Shown here piece after piece: positions 58,257 to 64,000 of a stretch of 64,000 nucleotides of DNA. Below the pieces are notes generated by a model. The model was given only the letters and a program-made list of their open reading frames with translations, was not told the origin of the DNA and did not search any database. Position numbers and translations under genes: made by a program. The DNA is taken from IMG/VR virus record IMGVR_UViG_3300032323_001214, positions 185,607-249,606 of that record, one strand, 5' to 3'. Within the stretch, counting starts at the first letter, position 1. The number at the start of each line of letters is the position of its first letter.

Positions 58257-58943
58257 ATGAGTTATAATAAAACAAAAACAGACCCAGAGTTGGGCAAACA
58301 AGTTCACTTACATTTATTGAACATGGGTGTAGAAACACCTATCGATGACACAATTTATTTGGGTGATCGCAAAGAAAGAATTGAAAAGATTGAAGGTCAT
58401 TTCAAAGCCATCATGGAAACAATGGGTCTTGATTTGTCCGATGATAGTCTAATTGAGACACCTAAACGTGTTGCTAAGATGTATATCAATGAAATCTTTT
58501 GGGGGCTTGACTATGAAGCGTTCCCTAAATGTACAACAGTTGACAACAAGATGCAATACAATGAAATGGTTGTAGAGCGTAATGTTAATGTTCAATCTAA
58601 CTGCGAACATCATTTTGTAGTCATTGACGGATTGGCTACTGTAGCTTATGTCCCTAAACAAAAAGTTTTAGGGCTTAGTAAGATTAACCGTATTGTAGAA
58701 TATTTCAGTAAGAGACCTCAAATTCAGGAACGCTTAACAGAGCAAATATTTCACACCTTACAGTTCATCCTTGATACAGAAGATGTTGCAGTTATGATTG
58801 ATGCACAACACTATTGTGTTAAGAGTCGTGGTGTAGAAGATACGGGTAGTAGCACAGTTACTTGTCGCTTAGGTGGCGGATTCAAAACAGATCCTGCGGC
58901 ACGTGCAGAGTTCTTGCAGATTGCCAACAAAGGCTGCAAATGA
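58257..58943 (+). CDS. folE: GTP cyclohydrolase I
   Basis: ETPKRVAKMY, SNCEHHF, GLSKINR, RPQIQERLT, HYCV.SRG. Confidence 0.97.
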   Translation: MSYNKTKTDPELGKQVHLHLLNMGVETPIDDTIYLGDRKERIEKIEGHFKAIMETMGLDLSDDSLIETPKRVAKMYINEIFWGLDYEAFPKCTTVDNKMQYNEMVVERNVNVQSNCEHHFVVIDGLATVAYVPKQKVLGLSKINRIVEYFSKRPQIQERLTEQIFHTLQFILDTEDVAVMIDAQHYCVKSRGVEDTGSSTVTCRLGGGFKTDPAARAEFLQIANKGCK

Positions 58944-59071
58944 GTACTATACTTATTCTAGTTATAGTAGCTGTTATTGTGATTAGACTTAATCGTTTAC
59001 TTCCAAAGAGTAGTTGTACAGGTGATTGTAATCAAGGACGCAACTGTGACTGCAAATACAAACAACCTTAA
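58940..59071 (+). CDS. 43-aa membrane-anchored Cys-rich peptide
   Basis: Hydrophobic N-terminus then CTGDCNQGRNCDC; ATGA overlap with folE stop. Confidence 0.6.
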   Translation: MSTILILVIVAVIVIRLNRLLPKSSCTGDCNQGRNCDCKYKQP

Positions 59072-59072
59072 C

Positions 59073-59312
59073 ATGACAGCCAACGAGGCTAGGGCATTCA
59101 TTCGTAAAGTAATGGGCCCTACTCGAAGAATATTAGAAGGTAATGAGCGTGAACATATGCTTACTGTGTTCAGTTTAGTAGAGCCTATTAATGTTAGCAA
59201 CAACCAAAGGTCATTCACTGAAGAATATGAACATGCAGGTAAGAAATATGATGTTCATTATTTTGAAGACGAGACAATAGTAGAGGAAATATTGCCAGAT
59301 GATTTTCAATAG
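59073..59312 (+). CDS. Hypothetical protein
   Basis: MTANEARAFIRK start right after the previous stop. Confidence 0.6.
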   Translation: MTANEARAFIRKVMGPTRRILEGNEREHMLTVFSLVEPINVSNNQRSFTEEYEHAGKKYDVHYFEDETIVEEILPDDFQ

Positions 59313-59766
59313 GATTAAAGAATTAAAACATCAAGGGCTAAGAATAGGTATAACTTTTAGTCAATTTGATTTATTACACGCAGGACATGTCGCAATGCTT
59401 AGTGAAGCTAAGAATCATTGCGACTATCTCATTTGTGGATTACAAAACAATGCTAGTTGGGATCGTCCTGAAAAGAATGCACCTATTCAAAGTATTGTAG
59501 AAAGACAAATTAGTTTATCTGCCGTTCGATTTGTAGATGAAATCATTATATACAACACAGAGAAGGATCTAGAAGATATTCTACTTACACTTCCAGTTGA
59601 TGTTCGTATACTAGGGGTAGAGTATATGGAAAAAGATTTTACGGGTCGTGCTATCTGTGAGAAGCGAGGTGTTGAATTAGTATTCAACGGACGTGACCAC
59701 AGTTTTAGTAGTTCAAGTCTACGCAAACGTGTAGCAGAAGCTGAACAAAATAAAAGGATACAGTGA
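59299..59766 (+). CDS. Cytidylyltransferase (TagD-like)
   Basis: FDLLHAGH, ER...L.A.RFVDE, R.H.FSSS.LR. Confidence 0.85.
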   Translation: MIFNRIKELKHQGLRIGITFSQFDLLHAGHVAMLSEAKNHCDYLICGLQNNASWDRPEKNAPIQSIVERQISLSAVRFVDEIIIYNTEKDLEDILLTLPVDVRILGVEYMEKDFTGRAICEKRGVELVFNGRDHSFSSSSLRKRVAEAEQNKRIQ

Positions 59767-60065
59767 TGAACAGCTATGATGACTTTCTGAATAGGTTTAG
59801 AGTTCGAAACGTACAAGTATCACGAGACTATGATTACAAAAATTTCAACTATAATTATAATCAGACTGCAAGTTATTACGCTGACCGTGAAGAACTTATC
59901 GATATGCAACTTTCACGAGATGGGTTTGAACAATTGGTCAATGTAGACCGTGAGTATGATTTACTAACCCAAAACCAGCGTGATGAAGCATGGATGCGTA
60001 GACAATACCCGGCGATCAAAGAAGCGTATGAAAAATATTTAATGTTATTGGAGTTATACAGATGA
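59763..60065 (+). CDS. Hypothetical protein
   Basis: 100-aa ORF, coupled. Confidence 0.65.
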   Translation: MMNSYDDFLNRFRVRNVQVSRDYDYKNFNYNYNQTASYYADREELIDMQLSRDGFEQLVNVDREYDLLTQNQRDEAWMRRQYPAIKEAYEKYLMLLELYR

Positions 60066-60853
60066 AACGAATTTTAATTATGGGCTTGCCGGGTGCAGGC
60101 AAAACTTATCTAGCACAACATGTACTAGAACATTTACAAAACGAAAAGAAAAAAGTGGGTTGGCTCAATGCCGATGATGTTCGTAAAAAATACAACGACT
60201 GGGATTTTACTGAAGCAGGACGCATACGTCAAAGTTTACGTATGCGTGAACTAGCAGATGCAATGACCGAGTATGATTATGTTATCTGTGACTTTGTTGC
60301 ACCATTAGTTGAAATGCGTAATAACTTCAAGGCAGATTGGACTGTATGGGTTGACACTATCGACAAAGGTCGATACGAAGATACCAACAAAGCCTTTATT
60401 CCACCAGAAGTCTATGATTTCAGAATCACAGAACAACACGGTGAAAAGTGGGGAGAGTTTATTGCTGCACACATTTTAGATGATAGACGCAGACCAGTAT
60501 TTGATTGGAAAAAAGAAACTGTTCAAATGCTAGGTCGTTGGCAACCATGGCATCAAGGACATCGTAAGTTGTTTGAACGTGCTATTGCTAAAACTGGGCA
60601 AGTTGTTATTCAAATCCGTGACTGTCAAGGATGGCAAGGAAGTAATCCATTTGCTATAGAACAAGTAAAGAATTTTATCAAACGTGATTTAGATATGTTA
60701 TATCAAGGTCAGTATGAGATTCAAATTGTTCCAAATATAGTAAATATTACATATGGACGTGATGTTGGATACAAGATTGAACAAGAAGTGTTTGATGATG
60801 CTACACATAGTATTAGTGCTACCAAAATTCGAAAACAACTGGGGATGCAATGA
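60062..60853 (+). CDS. Adenylylsulfate-kinase-like domain fused to HIGH-family nucleotidyltransferase
   Basis: GLPGAGKT, LNADDVR...DF...GR.RQ..R (CysC-like); GRWQPWHQGH and SISATKIR. Confidence 0.7.
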   Translation: MKRILIMGLPGAGKTYLAQHVLEHLQNEKKKVGWLNADDVRKKYNDWDFTEAGRIRQSLRMRELADAMTEYDYVICDFVAPLVEMRNNFKADWTVWVDTIDKGRYEDTNKAFIPPEVYDFRITEQHGEKWGEFIAAHILDDRRRPVFDWKKETVQMLGRWQPWHQGHRKLFERAIAKTGQVVIQIRDCQGWQGSNPFAIEQVKNFIKRDLDMLYQGQYEIQIVPNIVNITYGRDVGYKIEQEVFDDATHSISATKIRKQLGMQ

Positions 60854-61608
60854 TTGCTCATAGAATCTGTATTATTTGTTTACCTAGAACAGGTAGTCAG
60901 TTATGTGAACAATTAGCTAGTGAGGTAACCTCAGGAATTCAATTGGGTGAGTATTTTGAAAATTGGAATCGTAGCGAATACGTTATACATAATGATAATA
61001 TAAAATTAAAAAATTTTGTGAGTATAGCGTCAAGATTTAAATTGTTTGAAAATTTTCAGGAAAGACTTGATTTATTAAAAAACACAGATATAAATCAGCC
61101 ACTAACTCTGAGAATATTTTTAATGGATCATTATGATAAAACTACATTATCTAATATAATAATAGAACTAAAAAATATAGGTTTTGAATTTATCACATTG
61201 ACAAGAGATATAAAAGAACAATTACTAAGTTACATGATTGCCCGCACATATGAACAAAATATGCAAAATGTGTTTGATATTAATAGCGAAATAAATAAAC
61301 CTGTACATATTAATCTTAATCATTTGAATAGCGTGTTAAATCAAATTTATGTTAGTCATCTGTTATGGGAAAAAAATCTGTCTATACTATTACAAAATAT
61401 TGAATACCAAAAAGTAAAATATGAATCTATCTATTCGGACATGGAAAAAATCTATAATACAAAATTCAAATATTTGGGAGAAAAATCTATAAAAACTGAT
61501 CCATTTGATTTAATTACCAATAAAGAAGAAGTTATGCGTTTTTTATCAAATAAAATAAGCGGTCTTGGCGTCATTCCCGCTTTACAAACTCTGCCGCCTG
61601 TGCTATAA
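60850..61608 (+). CDS. Sulfotransferase-like protein
   Basis: LPRTGS 5'-PSB-like loop, E.F, I.LTR....Q.LS, V.YE; very AT-rich. Confidence 0.55.
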   Translation: MIAHRICIICLPRTGSQLCEQLASEVTSGIQLGEYFENWNRSEYVIHNDNIKLKNFVSIASRFKLFENFQERLDLLKNTDINQPLTLRIFLMDHYDKTTLSNIIIELKNIGFEFITLTRDIKEQLLSYMIARTYEQNMQNVFDINSEINKPVHINLNHLNSVLNQIYVSHLLWEKNLSILLQNIEYQKVKYESIYSDMEKIYNTKFKYLGEKSIKTDPFDLITNKEEVMRFLSNKISGLGVIPALQTLPPVL

Positions 61609-61620
61609 TTAACATAGGAG
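61557..61620 (+). ncRNA. Candidate preQ1-I-like riboswitch / structured leader of queD
   Basis: AAGCGG/CCGCTT stem, 14-nt loop, A-rich linker, loop GGCG complementary to downstream CGCC, CCTGTG/CATAGG hairpin over the SD. Confidence 0.45.
61581..61609 (+). promoter_or_regulatory. Possible sigma70-type promoter overlapping the queD leader
   Basis: TTTACA-17 nt-TATAAT with TG extension. Confidence 0.55.
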
Positions 61621-61626
61621 AAAAAC

Positions 61627-62154
61627 ATGGCAAAATATCTTTCAACAAAAACTTACGGTAACGACAGGGGTCTGAGTTGCTGTTTTAGACAATGGCGAAG
61701 TACACATAGTCATTGCAGTTTGTTACATGGATACTCAATTGGTATCAAACTAATCTTTGAATCAGAAACACTAGACGACCGCAACTGGGTTATGGACTTT
61801 GGTGGACTCAAAGCATTTAAAGAATGGGCTGATTGGCAATTCGATCACACAATGGTCATCGCTAAAGATGATCCTGAGCGTGGTACGTTTATAGAACTAA
61901 ACAAAATACAAGGCGGCTTCAAAAACATGGGAATTATTGATCTACGTATTGTAGATGGCGTAGGATGTGAAAAATTTGCAGAACTAGTTTACAAAACTAT
62001 GAATGAAATCTTGGGTGCATACCAAGCAGGTATAGGTTGGATACATCCAGATGGTAGAATCTTTGAAGCACGTTATCCAGTGGGACAAGGTGTTCACCTA
62101 CGTTCAGCAGAAGTGTTTGAACATGCTGGTAACTCAGCAGTTTACGAAGGATAA
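61627..62154 (+). CDS. queD: 6-carboxytetrahydropterin synthase
   Basis: SHCSLLHGYS, WVMDFGGLK, FDH, CE.FAE, V.EH..NSA.Y. Confidence 0.9.
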   Translation: MAKYLSTKTYGNDRGLSCCFRQWRSTHSHCSLLHGYSIGIKLIFESETLDDRNWVMDFGGLKAFKEWADWQFDHTMVIAKDDPERGTFIELNKIQGGFKNMGIIDLRIVDGVGCEKFAELVYKTMNEILGAYQAGIGWIHPDGRIFEARYPVGQGVHLRSAEVFEHAGNSAVYEG

Positions 62155-62155
62155 T

Positions 62156-62812
62156 ATGTTAGAAACAATTTGCGACACACTAGTTGAAGCATACAGACGC
62201 AACTGGATAACCAGTCGTGATGGCAATGTAAGTATTCGTCATCACGACCGTGATCACTTTTATATCACACCTAGTGGCGTCCGTAAGCAAACTATGCAAC
62301 CTGATCAGTTCAAGAAGATCAGCATTGACAAAAGTATACACAGTGGCTTTGGTTCTGCCGCTTTTAACTATAGCTGGCAAGACTTGCCGTATACCGATAT
62401 CAGTGCTAATCTAAAGCCTAGTGGAGAGATTCCATTGCATTTTGGACTTCAGCGTGAAATGGGTCAACATAAAAACGATGTTCGTGTAGTGGTACACTTG
62501 CATCCTACTTACTGTGTTGCCGCTATGCATCGCGGTATTGAATTGAGCAGTCTTGCCAATGACTTTCCTGAACTTAGTCGCTACACAAAAGTAGCGCCTA
62601 ACGTAGGAGATGTACCACCTATAAGTCAAGAACTTGCCGATCGGTGTCATGAAAATCTACAGTTAGATGATTGCGGTAATGTTAAATATGATATTGTCGG
62701 TATCAAGGGTCACGGAGTAGTTGCTATTGATACTAGTCCATGGCGAGCCTTTGAACATATTGAACGATTAGAACATATTTGTCAAATTGTATTGGCATCA
62801 GGAAAATATTAA
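62156..62812 (+). CDS. Class II aldolase / adducin family protein
   Basis: DGNVSIR, ITPSG, PSGE..LH, VVHLHP, GHGVVA. Confidence 0.9.
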   Translation: MLETICDTLVEAYRRNWITSRDGNVSIRHHDRDHFYITPSGVRKQTMQPDQFKKISIDKSIHSGFGSAAFNYSWQDLPYTDISANLKPSGEIPLHFGLQREMGQHKNDVRVVVHLHPTYCVAAMHRGIELSSLANDFPELSRYTKVAPNVGDVPPISQELADRCHENLQLDDCGNVKYDIVGIKGHGVVAIDTSPWRAFEHIERLEHICQIVLASGKY

Positions 62813-62822
62813 GGAGAAAATT

Positions 62823-63512
62823 ATGATTGAAACAACTTATGAAAATGGAACGTCATATCGTTCTGCTAGTGAACTTAATTCAGCAATGGGTCGTGTCTAC
62901 GGGCATATGAGCCTTGCTGTTATTGTATCAATGTTTGTCAGTTACTTTGTGGGAACTAGCCCAGAGTTGCTGGCATTCTTTTTTACAGGCGTTATGAAGT
63001 GGATTGTGATATTTGCACCACTAGCGGCGATCTTTGGTGTTAGCTATGTACTAGGCAATAATCCCAGTAAGAGTGTAGCACAGTTATGCCTGCATGGATT
63101 TGCAGCATTGATGGGATTGAGTTTTGCTACAATATTTGCCATATTCAATATGGGCAGTATAGTTAGTGCATTTATGGGTGCTGCTATCTTGTTTGCTATA
63201 ATGAGTGTATATGGATACTTTACTAAACAAAGTTTAGACAGTGTTGGCAAGTTTATGTTTGTAGGATTAATTGCTATCATTATTGCCAGTATTGTTAACA
63301 TCTTTATTGGTAGTACTGTAATGCAAATGGTCATTAGTGCATTAGCTATTATTATCTTCCTTGGACTAACAGCTTATGATACGCAAAAGATTCGAGAAGA
63401 ACTCAGTGTAGAAGCCAGTGATGTTGCTGAAGTCCGTGGCGCACTAACATTGTATATGGACTTTATCAACTTGTTCATTAACCTGTTACAACTTTTTGGC
63501 GATAGAAAATAA
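62823..63512 (+). CDS. Bax inhibitor-1 / YccA family membrane protein
   Basis: Seven hydrophobic segments; LTAYDTQKI and AL.LY.DFINLF..LL. Confidence 0.9.
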   Translation: MIETTYENGTSYRSASELNSAMGRVYGHMSLAVIVSMFVSYFVGTSPELLAFFFTGVMKWIVIFAPLAAIFGVSYVLGNNPSKSVAQLCLHGFAALMGLSFATIFAIFNMGSIVSAFMGAAILFAIMSVYGYFTKQSLDSVGKFMFVGLIAIIIASIVNIFIGSTVMQMVISALAIIIFLGLTAYDTQKIREELSVEASDVAEVRGALTLYMDFINLFINLLQLFGDRK

Positions 63513-64000
63513 TGAGTTTTTTAGTAGCAAATTTACCACCAGTAAAATGCTTTGTTCGTAGAGAATTTTTGTATGACTTTGAAAAAGGTCACGGCGAACT
63601 TGAACCTTGCTGGTGGATATCAATAAAATCTCAACGTAGCCAAGCATTTCGTATTGAATCGTATTTAAATCAATATGGTGCATTATATGACAAACTGCCA
63701 TTACACGCATATTGTTGGAAACCCATAGAAGGTGATCCGTATCCTCTAGACTTTTTACAACTATGGAACAGTATGTCTTATGATATCACTGTAATTAAAA
63801 AAGCAATGATTGCTAACATGAGATGTAAAATTAAAATGAAGGATGGATCTTGGTTAGAAGGTGAATATCTTTTTACTGTTGATTCTGCACATCCAGATTT
63901 TAATACAATAGATTGCGGTCATAGTGAAGACGTCGAGGATCACAAAAGTTTTAACTTTATCAAATGTGACAATGGGCAATTTGCCGCACAACCAAATAAC
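63512..64000 (+). CDS. Hypothetical phage protein, truncated by window end
   Basis: Open frame MSFLVANLPPVKCFVRREFL...GQFAAQPNN to the window end. Confidence 0.7.
   Translation, partial: MSFLVANLPPVKCFVRREFLYDFEKGHGELEPCWWISIKSQRSQAFRIESYLNQYGALYDKLPLHAYCWKPIEGDPYPLDFLQLWNSMSYDITVIKKAMIANMRCKIKMKDGSWLEGEYLFTVDSAHPDFNTIDCGHSEDVEDHKSFNFIKCDNGQFAAQPNN

Noticed and set aside
1-64000. Stop-codon reassignment as seen in some large phages
   Set aside because: Conserved genes are full length under the standard code and coding density is high.

Overview
AT-rich, gene-dense segment of a large T4-like (myovirus, probably jumbo) bacteriophage genome, standard genetic code. About 0.5-28.5 kb is virion morphogenesis: gp13/14/15-like neck and tail-completion proteins, tail sheath and tube, gp4-like head completion, fibre/baseplate proteins and a GH19 lysin. 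About 29-38 kb holds a DnaE fragment, GroES, clamp loader, PhoH, holin, DnaJ and ClpA. About 39-49 kb is a block of late-promoter-driven modular proteins with prohead-protease-like [ILV]xE sites. About 49-54 kb holds TilS-like, family B DNA polymerase and sliding clamp genes. About 54-63 kb is a 7-deazaguanine-type DNA modification region: TGT/DpdA-like, FolE, QueD, a second T-fold protein, glycosyltransferase, APS kinase fusion, sulfotransferase-like and class II aldolase. Two promoter classes are visible: near-consensus sigma70 promoters and a T4-late-like GATAAATA/ACTAAATA box. The most unusual signals are: (1) in-frame protein modules joined by a conserved DNA repeat (core TGGCGGAAG, encoding G/S-V/M-A-E), suggesting shuffled, protease-processed virion cargo polyproteins, one module starting with a Tat-like signal; (2) the same covarying RNA leader on an HNH and a GIY-YIG endonuclease gene; (3) a preQ1-I-like pseudoknot plus SD-sequestering hairpin before queD; (4) an orphan multi-stem pseudoknotted RNA near 48.1 kb. 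All family calls come from motif recognition by eye; no searches were run.
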